NCBI GenBank assembly: GCA_964016885.1
Contig: OZ024740.1
Span: forward strand, 264,988,001 to 265,052,000
Reading direction: 5' to 3'
Length of the DNA stretch: 64,000 nt
Origin: Eledone cirrhosa
Taxonomy: Eukaryota
Below the pieces are notes generated by a model. That model was given only the letters and a program-made list of their open reading frames with translations. It searched no databases and had not been told where the DNA came from. Below, in pieces: positions 1 to 13,187 of the stretch; position 1 is the stretch's first letter; each line of letters starts with the position of its first letter. Made by a program: the position numbers and the translations under genes.

Positions 1-620
1 AGCAGCACCTCCACCACCACCTCCACCACCACCTCCACCACCATCACCACTACCACCACCATCACCACAAACATAAACAGCAGCACCTCCACCACCATCA
101 CCACTACCACTACCATCACCACAACCACCATTACTACCATCAACACCTCCACCATCTCCACCATCGACACCACCACAATCCCCACCACCACCACCACCTC
201 CACCACCATCACCACTACCACCACCATCACCACAACCACCATTACTACCACCAACACCTCCACCCTCCCCACCATCGACACCACCATAATCCCCACCTTC
301 ACCAACATCGCCACTACCACCGCCACTACTACCACCATCACCACAACCACCATTACTACCTCCAACACCTCCACCATCGACACCACCAGAATCCCCACCA
401 CCACCACCACCATCACCATCACCACTACCACCACCATCACCACAACCACCATTAATACCACCAACACCTCCACCATCTCCACCATCGACACCACCACAAT
501 CCCCACCTCCACCACCTACACCACCACTACCATCACCACAACCACCTCCACTATCTCCAACACCTCCACTATCTCCACCATCGACACCACCACAACCCCC
601 CCCCCCCCAACACCACCTCC
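1..620. repeat. Degenerate (ACC)n-based minisatellite with a ~100-bp higher-order unit
   Basis: Motif caccatcaccacaaccaccattactacc...ccatcgacaccacc recurs about 5 times; runs off the window start. Confidence 0.85.
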
Positions 621-1773
621 ATTGTTTATTACTCGTTTATTATTTCTGTTTCCACTGCTGTTGCTGTTGTGGTTGTAGTTTTTTGTTTTGTATTTAATAT
701 TACATATCTTTTTAACTATCATATTTATTATTATATTTTTATATCATATTGTTATTATTATTTCATTATTATCATTATTTGTTTAATATTATTTTATTAT
801 TATTTATTATGGTTTTATTATTATTCTTTCTGTTATCGTTATTTCTCGTCCTTTCAAACGATGTGTTTGTATATATTTTTTAATTTATCCTAAACATGTT
901 TTTCTCTATTTAATACATTCCTTCTACCTCTTCTGTTTGTTTCTTAACTGTCTTCTTTTTTTCTTTCTATTTGGCTTTCTTTTCTTCTCTTTTCTTTTCT
1001 TTGCCGTCTTTTGTTTTCTTCTCCAACAACAATGATAATAACAAAAACAACTAAAAACAATAAAAACAGCAACACCAACAACAATGATAATAAATCATTA
1101 TGATGGTCTACTGTTTCCTTCTCTTTCTTCTGTTCCCCCTTCTCTCATCCATAGCCTACATTTCTTTTTCTCTTGTTTTCCAAGTCTCAAATATTATTGT
1201 GTAAATAATATTAATAATAATAGATAAATAATCTTTAAAATATCAGTATATAATAACAATGCATTGGTGATGATGGTGGTGGTGGTGGGGTTGTTTTGGT
1301 GGTGTTGGTGGTCGTCGTCGTTGTCGAAGCGACGGTCGTTGTACTGCTGGTGCTGGTGTTGATGCCGATGGTGGTGTTGGTGTTGGTACTGGTGTTGTGG
1401 CCGATGGGGGTGTTGATGGTGCTGGTGCAAGTGTTGGTGATGGTAGTGGTGGCATCATTAATAATAATAACAATAACAACAACAACAGCAAAAGTAATAA
1501 TCATATAAATAACATTAAAAAATGACAATGTCAGGTAAATGAAACACTGTAAATAAAATAAGGCACAACTGAGATCTCGTAAAATGCTAACCACCATGAC
1601 GCGGTAATCACGTTTGCTAACAATTGCCAAGTAATGATAACAAACAGATTAGCTGCCAATCGGCGATATTTGTGGATATCAATACAAATTCCTGACCCTA
1701 ACTTAACCTCTTTAACTCTCTTTACTCACCACCACGCCCCACTATTTCTGTCTCTTCATCGCTAGCCATCTTA

Positions 1774-2330
<557 letters not shown>

Positions 2331-3194
2331 GCCTTTGTGCATGTCTGTGTATGAAGTGTGCTTTCTCTACATGTTATGGCGTTTTCGCAAATATTACTTC
2401 AGTGCATTAGTAACATTTTCAAATAATTATCAGTCGTAGCGTGGCGCACTACATTACACTACATCAGCACGGCCCGTCGGCTTTTTCGTGTTTTAAACAA
2501 AAGTCTTCCATCAATGATCTAATTAACAATTTTGTTGATAATTGTTGAGAAACACAAAAGTTGTATAAAAAATAAACGGAAAACGGAATAAATATAGAGA
2601 AAAAAGAATGAAATTAAGCAAATATGACATAACAAAACAAATAAAAATCCCCTGCCAAGAAGAAGACGACAAAGAAGAAGAAGAAGAAGAAGAAGAAGAA
2701 GAAGAAGAAGAAGAAGAAGAAGAAGAAGAAGAAGAAGGAGGAGGAGGAGGGTGAGAAGTGGTGTGAGAAAGAAGAAGAAGAAAACACGCTTGGAGTTTAG
2801 TGTTACTGTTTTGATTTGTTTTAAAAGTCAATTTTATATATCATATTGTTGGTATAATTGCATCTGCATCGATTTACCACTGCCATCATCATCATCACCA
2901 TCATCATCCTCATCATGCCTTCATTAATGTCATCATCAACGCCATCATCATCATCATCACTAGCATTCTTGCCACTTTCGTCACCTTCCCCACAGTAATC
3001 CCCATCATCATTGTCGTCCTCATCGACATCATTTCAACATGTATCATCTTAACATCATCATCACTATGACCATTCTCTGTATTTTCTTCTTCTTTGTCTT
3101 CTTCCTTATTTTACTTCTTCGTTTTCTTCTTTTTCTCCTGTTTCTTCTTTCATCTGTTTTTTTTTTTTTGGTTCACTTTATCTTTGTTATGTAT

Positions 3195-3408
3195 AATGGT
3201 TTCTTATATAAGCACAAGGCCAGGTATTTTGGAGGATGGGAAAGTCTATTAAATCGACACCAGTGTGTGACTGGTACTTTATTTTATCGACCCCGTAAGG
3301 ATGAAAGGCAAAGTCGGCGGTATTTGAACTCAGATCATAAATGGCCGTAACTTTATGCTGCAAAGCATGGCGTCCGACCCTCTACCGATACTGCCAATCC
3401 CCCGCCCT
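3195..3408 (-). mobile_element. tRNA-derived SINE, family A (long subtype)
   Basis: Minus strand: A-box-like TGGCAGTATCGG, B-box GAGTTCAAAT, core gcctttcatccttacggggtcgataaaataaagtaccag (resembles the Meta/MESC SINE domain, from memory), tail ggccttgtgc...gaaac; many copies in the window. Confidence 0.85.
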
Positions 3409-3717
3409 TTTGTTATATATGATATATCATGATAGTTTTCCTTCTAATTCTGATAGTTCATCTTACTCTACTTCTTCTCTTCTTTCTTTCCTCCACTCCT
3501 TCCCCTTCGACTGTGTCCCATTTCATTTTAATTGTTTCTTCTATCCCAGCCGTTCGTTTAATTACATTTTTGAAATCAGGGAAATGTGGGGTTTCGAATC
3601 CTTATAGCGGTCAATGTCAACTTTTTTTCCGTCTTTAATGTTCGTCACCTTATTTTGTAAGCTCTCTTTCTGCACCTCTGCGCATAAGCACACCATATAT
3701 ATATATAAATATATATA

Positions 3718-3795
<78 letters not shown>

Positions 3796-3796
<1 letters not shown>

Positions 3797-4087
3797 CGAA
3801 GGAAACGTGGCAAGGAACCAGATGGACCATATTGCACCAAAGTACTCAATACTTAGGGTGGTAGAGTGGGTAATAGGAACAAGTATGACCCCGACGGCAG
3901 AGCTCAAGCCGTTTCGACGGCTATTTCGGAGCTAAGCACAGTAAGTAAGGTACTCAGTACATAGCAGAGTATAAACGTTTTAATATAGATGAGATTCTAC
4001 AGGACTAGAACTGTTTCATTCGTTAGAAATCATCTGATGATTTCTAAAGAATGAAACAGTTCTAGTCTTGTAGAATCTCATCTATAT

Positions 4088-4091
<4 letters not shown>
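3796..4091 (-). mobile_element. Short non-autonomous PLE-like element (family H1) in (TA)n, ending in a 56-bp-arm hairpin
   Basis: Flanked by (TA)n on both sides; 3796-3930 recurs inverted at 9450-9589 and 10178-10312; arms 3979-4034 and 4036-4091 have 2 mismatches; related sequence at 24607-24720. Confidence 0.7.
4034..4076 (+). ncRNA. Type I hammerhead ribozyme-like core
   Basis: CTGATGA (4034) - TTC/GAA stem II - GAAAC (4053) - stem III ACAG/TTGT - GTA; stem I is disrupted by the palindrome centre. Confidence 0.55.
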
Positions 4092-4134
<43 letters not shown>

Positions 4135-4148
4135 AAGATTAATGGTGT

Positions 4149-4190
<42 letters not shown>

Positions 4191-4994
4191 GTATATATAT
4201 AAAATCTTTTCCTGAGTCCTGTATTTTCGTTGCTCTGCTGATGCGGCTGGACTGCCGATCGCTATATTTGATTTCCTAAGCTGTCTAAACGTATTGTTAT
4301 TACTCTGGGATATTTTCCCCCATCCAAGTGCTAAAGCTACATACCGAATTTGCATTCGTTAGCTTGGCCGCGAACTAAAGCTTCGTTAATGCTGTACTAA
4401 CATTTATATATAAATATGGGTGTGTGTAACATCATGTGTGAGGCTCGAATTTTCCACCTTACAAATCGCCGAGGAGATAAATCTAAAAGTTGTATGGTAG
4501 TTAAACGCAGAAAATAATTGCAGTTTATAGTCAGTTGCTATAAGATACCTTATAACAATCGGACAAAGACCGTTAGAAACGGAGAAATGTTGCCAGCGGC
4601 TGTTCCGAAGAATCGAACTTCATATCTCCCATATACCGGCTGGGTTATTTCACATTGAGTTAGAGACTTATGACAACATACAACCATCTAAATTAATGAG
4701 CTCAATCAAACAACTTTTAGAAATATAAACGAACGAGTGTAAAGCTTGAGTTTTAGCACTTACGAAGCGTTGATGATATATACATACACAAACATGCACA
4801 CAAGCAAGAAAATGAGAGTCCGAGCGGGGACGGCGGAAGGTAAGCTGTGTGTGTGTATGTAGATATAAGTGTGTGTGTGTGGATGTAAGTGTGCGAGTCT
4901 GGGAGGAAGTGAGTGTATGTGAATGTGCGTTTTGAAAAACCATTGTGTGTATTGGAGTAGAGTGTATGTCTGTGCGTATAGAGGCCCTGTATGG

Positions 4995-5025
<31 letters not shown>

Positions 5026-5083
5026 GATGGAGGGGGATCGATGTGGTGAGATGAGATTGTGTCAAATCTGGAGGTGGTGTGGG

Positions 5084-6470
5084 CAGTGGCGGATTTAAGG
5101 AATAGGGCCCAGTCGGCATTGGTCAGTAAGGAGGCCCCAGAGTGAAAATTAAAGTACCTTCTTTTCGAGCGAGTATTGAAAAAGTTTTTTTTTTAATTTC
5201 CTATTTAGCTACCAATAATCATTAAGAAGACAATTAAATTACAAGTACACTTTATTTGAAACAAACAAACAGATGTGCTGTACTGTAAACAAATAATAAA
5301 GTAATAAAGTTGTATATATGTTAGTCTTTTACACAAATTGCTTTTACATGCGCAGAATTCTGCGAGTTTTAACAGTTGAAAAATGAGTTATAGCGTGGTC
5401 CAAGTTTACTGATTTAGTAATTTTGTTTTCAATTGCCAGCAGGGCAAAACTGGATAGCCTCTCCTGGCCCATCGTTGAACGAAGATAATTTTTAATTCTT
5501 CGTAGAACACTGAAAGAGCGTTCCGCACTTGCTATGCCAATTGGTAAAGTGAGAAATAGCTTTACCAGAATTTCAAACTCGGGAAAGACATCACACAAGT
5601 CATTGTTCAGTAAAAATTTCAGATATGGCATAACCCCACTTTGTTTTAAAGCTGCGTTTGGCTGTGAAAAGTAGAGGCCAATGAAAGAAAAGAGTTCATT
5701 TCTGAGTTCCAGTGTGAATTAATTTGGAAAGTTATCTACCAATGTTGCTACATGTGTTTTTAGTTCATCATCTGAGCATTTAGCCAGTCGATTTGGACTC
5801 AAAAATCCAAAGATTGAAGATATTTTTTTTATTCCTTCAGTTCGGGCTCTCATCTCCCCAATCATACTATCCAGTGATTGAAAATAAATTGCAGTGGGAT
5901 ATCTATCTGAAGCAGTAGCTAGTCTTTCAACACCACAAACTTCACCATCCATAATCTTTCTTCTCTTTACTCGCGTTATTTTAAAATCAGCTTCAGATGC
6001 ATCAAATCCCACGTCATTCCAGGCTTTCTTTGCCTGATCCACAAATTGTTCAAATTTGTGATCGCATCAGAGTTCTTCCAATTTATCTGTTGAACGTTCA
6101 AAGCACTCAGTCACAAGGAATAAATCAAAAAGAAACTAAAAAAAAAGAAAAGAAACTAACAAAAATATCGCCAAAAAAACAAAACAATGAAACTAACAAA
6201 AACGTTTCAAATAAATAAATAAATCTATATTTCTTTTAACGGCTAAAAAAAAGGGAATGTAAATTTGTTGGAATAGCCTCATTTCAGCAGCCAGCAGCGA
6301 AGTTATTTAGCCTCATATCAGCAGCGAACAGCGAAGTTATTTAGCCCTAGGCATGGGGGAGGTATTTTTGGATATCGCCCAAATTACATTTATTTTTTTT
6401 TTGCAAGCGCCCAGTCGGCAGGGGCCCAGTCGGCATTTGCCACCTTCGCCACCTGTTAAATCCGCCACTG
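5084..6470 (-). mobile_element. Internally deleted hAT DNA transposon (1387 bp)
   Basis: Perfect TIR CAGTGGCGGATTTAA at 5084-5098 and 6456-6470; perfect 8-bp TSD GGTGTGGG at 5076-5083 and 6471-6478; subterminal cccagtcggca motifs. Confidence 0.96.
5344..6060 (-). pseudogene. hAT transposase C-terminal remnant (dimerisation domain, ZMYM1-like)
   Basis: FPEFEILVKLFLTLPIGIASAERSFSVLRRIKNYLRSTMGQERLSSFALLAIE; the upstream piece YFQSLDSMIGEMRAR ends at a stop; N-terminus absent. Confidence 0.92.
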
Positions 6471-7439
6471 GGTGTGGGGTGGGGTGTGGGTGTATGTGTA
6501 GATGTGCAAGTGTGTGTGTGTTTGTGTGATTAAGAGAAGGGGATGCGTGGTGTGTCTGTAGGTGATGTGGGTTCTTGTGAAATGTGTGGTTGCGTGTGTG
6601 CGAAAATGGTTCAAGTCTTTGTGTGTCTAAGTGTCTGAATGGTTGTTGTGTGTGTGTGTATGTGTGTGTGTAAATATCCCGAAGTATAACGGGTGGTTTT
6701 GGCGTTTGGTAAATTCGGCGTTTGGTTCAAATAGAAGAAAATGGCGAAAAGGAATGGAAATGTTAGTACGACGTGCGCAACCAAATATGGTCAAGTTGAA
6801 GGAGTGGGAGGTGAGGGTGGCGAGGGTGATGATGGCAGGGTAATGTGAGAAGGGGAGGGGAGGAGGTGATACCGACAGAACAGAACTTAGTGGGTGAGTA
6901 GTACTAGTACTGCTATGTGTGCGTGAGGGTAGTAGCTGTGTAGGCAGGAGTGTGTGGGTGAGAGTGGCATGTGTGTATGTATGTATGTATGTGTGTGTAG
7001 AAGGCGTAGTGGACGTGAGAGGAGGTACAGTCGGCGTGAGTGTGTGTATATACTGGTGTGTGTTTAGGGTGTAAGTGCGTAGGTGCTTTTCTGAAGGGTG
7101 GTGGTGGGGGAATTTTTAGTAGAAGTTTTGTAGGGGGAAAGGGGTGCATGTGTGTGTGGGTAGAGGTGTGTAGTGACAGTAGGGGGAGGGGCGGAGAGAA
7201 AGGTGCATGTGTACATACACGTGAGTCTGTGTATATATACTGGTGTGTGTGTGCGTGTTTAGGGGGTAAATGCGTGTGTGTTGTAAGGCGGATGGAAAGG
7301 GTGGTGGGGGCGATATTTAGTAGTGTTAGTGGCGTGGTGAGGTGTGGGTGCGTGTGGGTAGAGGTTAGTGCCAACAGTAGGCGTAGGTGATGGGGAGGTG
7401 TGTGGGGAGGGGGGCAGTCGGGGACTAAACGAAGAGGAA

Positions 7440-7960
7440 TGAGAAGTTCAAACTGAGGGGGGTGCAAGTCTGTAATTAGAAGATAGTGCGTTGTTCAGCC
7501 CTAAGTCGCATTCAGGCCGCAGACGGTCAAGTTGCGAGAGGAGTGTTGCGGAGGTGCTCGGCGAACTGATCGGCCAGACGGTGCCTGATCTGACCGACAT
7601 AGGTGCAGCGGAGTCCGTAGACAAGGCTGGAGGAGGTACAGCGAAAGGAATGCCGGACAGACAGGAAGTGGCCGGTGGGTCCCTGGAAGGTAGCGGTGTT
7701 GGTGATGTGAGGCACGTGAGGCAACGGGCTCGGGAGTAGGGAAGATATCCGAGGAGTAACGGTGGTTGGTGGTAGGAAGCTGGGGACGAGGAGGTTGCGT
7801 GCGCGTTTGAAGGAGTGGAGTGCTAGGAGTGGGAAGATGGGGGAGGTGAAGCGGTCTGACTGGAGGTGTCGAAAGAGGCAAAGGGTGGTTCGTTGGAGGG
7901 GTTGGGTGGTGGGGGAAGCCGGTAGTGCGGTGGACAGCACAGGCGTGGGTGAGGGCAGGA
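7440..7960 (-). pseudogene. Penelope-like element RT C-terminus/GIY-YIG endonuclease remnant
   Basis: PTTQPLQRTTLCLFRHLQSDRFTSPIFP..SFKRARNL, then SFRCTSSSLVYGLRCTYVGQIRHRLADQFAEHLR, then RAEQRTIF.LQT.TP.SLN: PLE-type motifs with frameshifts. The CA-rich 3' region runs to about 4760 and is interrupted by the hAT element. Confidence 0.85.
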
Positions 7961-8042
7961 TTGACGAGGGAGGGGGTAAACCCTTCAGGTGAAATGACGG
8001 ACCAGAGAAAGTGCCTGGGTCTCAAAGTCCGCATCTCGGGTG

Positions 8043-8083
<41 letters not shown>

Positions 8084-8125
8084 CATGAGAAGAAAGAAGA
8101 ATACTGCGTGGTTGCACATGGGTTA

Positions 8126-8416
8126 CATATGATAAAATTAGTCCTTCGTCAGTGATTTGCCAACCATCATTGATATTTCATCGCATTAAAAATCATATAC
8201 CTCAGGTTGGTGCGAGCAATAACTAAAAAAAGCTCCATCTTTGCGTTGCTTTCATCCTTCTATGCTGTTTACTTGTCTCACTCGCTTTACGCGATTTACT
8301 TGTCCCAATAGCTTATTTAGTTATTGCTCGCACAACCTGAGGTATATGATTTTTAATGCGATGATATATCAATGATGGTTGGCAAATCACTGACGCAGGA
8401 CTAATTTTATCATATA
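8126..8416. repeat. Fold-back element with ~108-bp inverted arms between (TA)n tracts
   Basis: atatgataaaattagtcc...gagcaataactaaa is mirrored at 8310-8416 with few mismatches. Confidence 0.85.
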
Positions 8417-8435
8417 TATATATATATATATATAT

Positions 8436-9396
8436 ATAAATGAAAGGTATAGAAAATATTGTAGCAAAAAGCCAACAGTATTCCATAATATATAAGTGAC
8501 TATAGCGTCAAAATGGGAAAAATAGTTAACGTAAGATGTGGGAAAAATAATTCAAACTCGACTAAAAAAGAATCAGGATATAGATTCATCCAACAGAATT
8601 TAGTGAAATCCAGAGAAAAAAAAATAGAGCCTTAACTCATGATAAAATATAGTTTAAAATACTCATCCTTCAACTTGGGACAACTACAAATGCTCTGTAT
8701 AGTCTTGAAGACTATTTCACGAAAACTTTCAGTGGAGATGGTTACCATTGGAATTCGATCCTCAGCAGAGCTCAACTCGATAACCAAAATTTCTCACTGA
8801 TTAATATGCCAAAAAGAGAATTAAAAACAGGCTAGTTCACCATCATGCGTGATTATGAAAAATAAAACGCACATGTGGAAAGACAGGGCTGGTGACGTCA
8901 GAATGAGACGATGTTTGTTTACAAGAAACAACAGTCAAAAACATTCCGAAAAAAAACTCTACAATAAGGAGTTCAGCAAAAAGCAATATTATCACGGTTT
9001 TTTTATTAAAAAAATACCGGGATTAGTGACAAATAATTTAAGCACTCTAGGAAAGAAATCCGAGTATAAATATATAAATGAAAGGTATAGAAAATATTGT
9101 AGCAAAAAGCCAACAGTATTCCATAATATATAAGTGACTATAGCATCAAAATGGGAAAAATAGTTAACGTAAGATGTGGGAAAAATAATTCAAACTGAAC
9201 TCAAAAAGAATCAGGATATACATTCATCCAACAGAATTTAGTGAAATCCAGGGAAAAATCAATAGAGCCATGATAAAATAAAGTTTAAAATACTCATCCT
9301 TCAATTTGGGACAACTACAAATGCTCTATATAGTCTTGAAGACTATTTCACGAAAACTTTCCGTGGAGATGGTCACGGTTGGAATTCGATCCTCAG
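8436..9396. repeat. Partial tandem duplication (~325 bp repeated at ~637-bp spacing)
   Basis: ataaatgaaaggtatagaaaatattgtagc...ggaattcgatcctcag at 8436-8765 and 9074-9396. Confidence 0.9.
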
Positions 9397-9398
9397 AT

Positions 9399-9586
9399 CG
9401 GCAGAGCACAAGCCATTTCGGCGGCTATTTCTGGACTGAGTGTGGACAGAGTCCAGAAATAGCCGCCGAAACGGCTTGAGCTCTGCCGTCGGGGTCATAC
9501 TTGTTCCTATTTCCCACTCTACTACCCTAAGTATTGAGTACTCTGGTGCGTTATGGTCCATCTGGTTCCTTACCACATTTCCTTTG

Positions 9587-9589
<3 letters not shown>
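9399..9589 (+). mobile_element. Family H1 element with hairpin head and (TA)n tail
   Basis: Inverted arms 9399-9437 and 9450-9488; body matches 3796-3930 (reverse) and 10178-10312. Confidence 0.8.
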
Positions 9590-9675
<86 letters not shown>

Positions 9676-10100
9676 TCGAGACAAGCTGGGTTCTGAACAC
9701 GTGCGATAATTCTTATCGAAAACAATTGTCTCTATATGTGAGTGTCTGTGTATATATGTGTGTATGTGTGTATATATAGATACACACACCCACACACACA
9801 TAAATTAGCTCTAGGAAAGAGATTTTTCCGAGCCGTATAATATAACTGAACACAAAAGAAAAACGAACACAGACATATACATATATGTGTTCAAATCGTA
9901 AGGGACCAAATTCGCTAAGGTGAAATGAATACTAACTATAGACAAAAATAGCTAAAAATAGCAGCCTGGCTGACAAGACATTAAACTTAGCTCTACATGA
10001 TGGAGCCGACAAATATATAGTGAGTTAGAAACTCAGGGTAGTCTCTTACAATTAAATAGCTCTAAGAAAAAAGCTTTTCCTAGCTTCGGTCTCTATATAT

Positions 10101-10310
10101 ATAGGAATAAGTATGACCCCGACCGAAGAGCTCAAGCTATTTCGGCGGCTATTTCTGGACTGAGTCTGGACAGAGAACAGAAATAGCCGCCGAAACGGCT
10201 TGAGCTCTGCCGTCGGGGTCATACTTGTTCCTATTTCCCACTCTACTACCCTAAGTATTGAGTACTCTGGTGCGTTATGGTCCATCTGGTTCCTTACCAC
10301 ATTTCCTTTG

Positions 10311-10312
<2 letters not shown>
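10101..10312 (+). mobile_element. Family H1 element with hairpin head and (TA)n tail
   Basis: Arms 10101-10157 and 10178-10234; nearly the same loop as the 9399 copy. Confidence 0.8.
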
Positions 10313-10339
<27 letters not shown>

Positions 10340-10344
<5 letters not shown>

Positions 10345-10484
10345 CTGAACAAAAAAGAAAAACGAACACAGACATATATGTGTTCAAATCGTAAGGGACC
10401 AGATTCGCTAAGGTGAAAAGAATGCTAACTATAGACAATAGGGTTTGCCAGACTCATTTTAAGAATAAATCAAGAAAATAAATA
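10340..10484 (-). mobile_element. Family H2 fragment (also 9800-9945, 10020-10095, 25715-26530)
   Basis: gtgttcaaatcgtaagggaccagattcgctaaggtgaaaagaat shared with ~9887 and 26081. Confidence 0.75.
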
Positions 10485-11345
10485 CTCGATAAGCATTTCC
10501 CACCTAACCACAAATACCATCAAATCTTAAACAGAAATACAGTAAAATTTTCTTACTCTACATCGAGCAATATACAACAAAAAATAAGTGCATATAACAT
10601 CTACAAATGTAAAGAAGCTCCATCTATACCACACACAATAGCACACCACACACAAGATAACTATGGTAATACTACAACGCATAACCAGAATATTACTGCA
10701 TACCCGACTGATAGATTCGCTCACTCATCTCACCAGCACAATATAGCAGACTACAACCATCTACCATCTTCCTAATCCTTAATAGGGACTAAGATTTACA
10801 TACCCAATATAACTAATAGCGTCCAAAACAACCATGATTCCATAAACGCTATATCAAGTATAATTTCACCTACTAGCAACAATTCGGATTATAACCACCC
10901 TACCGTAAACCCTTCTCTCCCAAATTAAAAGGTAAACACAAATACTAGCACTCTTATTGAGAATATGGATCCCTATATTCAAACGGTTGTAATTGTAGAA
11001 TAAAAGATAATTGCCCCTTAAATGGAAATTGCTTAATTAATAATATAGTATATAAATGTGTAATCACCACTAAAGACTCTAAATCTATTTAAATCGAGAT
11101 TTTATGCACACACCCACAGTTTCCGAAACACAAAATTAGCAAAGACTACTTCTTTAGCAGAAGCAGTTAATAATTGTGAAAAGAAGAATATTAAATATAA
11201 GCTAACTTGGAAGATTCTGAAGAGAACTATTTCTTGTCAGGGCAATAGAAGGGAGTTCCCAAGAAATTTTTGAAATTACTAAATCGAAGGACACTATTAA
11301 ATAAAAGACAAGAATTAATTTTAGTATGTAACCATAAAATTAGAA
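10485..11345 (+). pseudogene. Second Penelope-like element ORF remnant (linker + GIY-YIG endonuclease), not in the ORF track
   Basis: Manual translation: LDKHFPPNHKYHQILNRNTVKFSYSTSSNIQQKISAYN (10485); NGCNCRIKDNCPLNGNCLINNIVYKCVIT..I*I (10982); RFYAHTHSFRN..TTSLAEAV...YKLTWKILKR; LLNKRQELI. Confidence 0.88.
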
Positions 11346-12421
11346 GGACATTCAAATATTATAAATACAACTAAACAAATATAGAAAAAGATATAGGTAA
11401 ATAAATGTGTGAGTATAGGTGTGTGTGTGAATATGTATATCTGTGTGTGTATATATATGTATATGCATAAATGTATGCCTATATATAAACATGTGTGAGT
11501 ATACATGTGTATATATATATATATGTGTATTTTTTTTATATTATATATTTTTAGAACAAATTATTTCTCATATCAAAGCAATAACTAACTTTTTAAGATT
11601 GTTCTATTCCATTCTACTTGAAGTAACACACTAATCTCAATACCCCTTTTCCTCCAACCGTAATCTTCTTTGACCATCAACACTTTTATATACAATATGC
11701 CTAAATTCATTTACACTAACAACTTTCATTTCTTTTCTTAAAAGACTTTGATACCTTATCCACTGATGGCCTATTTATTCATCTACTACCACCAAACTTA
11801 AGGATTTATACTGCCCCTTTCCATTCTTAACATTGGTCAATTTCAACCTGGTTATAAAACCTTACTTATTCATATGTATGTTTTTTTGTATTCTTCAATA
11901 AACAAAACTCATTATTTAAGAAGACGGCGGGTAGTGAAGACGTATGTATCTTTTTCTTACTATGATATTTTGTAATATGTTTTACATAGATCAATAATTG
12001 AATGAACATACAGGGAACTACACCCCCCCCCCAGAAACGATCGTAAAATTATGTGTTTTACTATGAATTAACAGTTTTGTATTTAATTTCATTGTTTTAA
12101 TATTTCTCTCTCTATACATATATATGAAGAATAGAAATGGCTGTGTAGTTGCTATTTCAGGTAACTTAAAATGCAGTGGGAATACGAAGAAAGCAAGAAG
12201 TGTGTGTGTGTTTTTCCTCATCTGTTGTCTACTGGGGGTCTCGGATATTTCTACTCTTTAAAGACAATATATCTCGCCCCAGGGTGTCAAGAACTGGATA
12301 AGTTATTGGGAAAACGGAGGAGGGAGGGAAGGAAAACAAAAGGGAAGAAAGGAGAAAACAGTAACAAAACAGCGAGAAAAAACAACAAACCGATATATAT
12401 ATATATATATATGTGTGTGTA

Positions 12422-12489
<68 letters not shown>

Positions 12490-12659
12490 GTTTGTGCAAT
12501 CAATAATTTTAGAGTGATTATGTAACAAGAAATTGAAGCCGCTTACCTCCGTGTTTTACTCAACAGATGAATTATTTCATTCGGTGAACCCTGTGGTAGT
12601 ACCACTATAACGTTCCAATTATTATAATTTACGCAGTACCTATAGAAAATTATAAAAAT

Positions 12660-12838
12660 CATTTAAAAGACACATTCCAGAAAAGTGAGATGATCATTTA
12701 TTGCATAACACTGACACGTCTTTCTTTCTATGTGTTGGTGATTCTAGACCAATTATATAACACATAAAAAGAAAAACGTGTCGGTGTTATGCAATAAATG
12801 ATTATCTCACTCCTCTGGGCTGTGCCATTTTAAATGTT
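12660..12838. repeat. Imperfect fold-back (~80-bp arms) abutting (TA)n
   Basis: agtgagatgatcatttattgcataacactgacacg versus cgtgtcggtgttatgcaataaatgattatctcact. Confidence 0.8.
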
Positions 12839-13152
12839 ATATATATATATATTTCTTCACTGGACCTACGCAACATCAATTCAAAGTATATGTTATATTT
12901 CAAATATTACCTATAAGATAGCAGCTTCACTTATCTGCCAAGTAATAAAGAGTTTGGGAAGAAAAGACTATTAAACCATTGAAGAAAAGAAGGGAGAAGG
13001 CGACAGGGAGAGAGGCATGGTCCTAATATATCCTATCAGAAGCCCTTAATCATAAAACTATAATAATAAACTACCGCGTAATATTATATTATATGTGCTA
13101 TTATATAACACATATAATAGCGAGAAATTAGATCCAATTTCCTATTATACTT

Positions 13153-13187
13153 TCCTGGTGAAGGGCTGTAGACCCAAAATATTAGGA
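13153..13187 (+). ncRNA. Decayed minimal PLE-type hammerhead
   Basis: tcCTGGTGA-AGGG-ctgtaga-CCC-AAAATATT-agga, which equals CTGATGA..CCCGAAACGTT with CpG-type decay; AATAAA follows. Confidence 0.45.

Noticed and set aside
4590-4668. tRNA-like sequence on the minus strand (taactcaatgtg...gttcgattc)
   Set aside because: Cloverleaf cannot be completed; at most a decayed tRNA-derived repeat. SINE heads were likewise not called as tRNA genes
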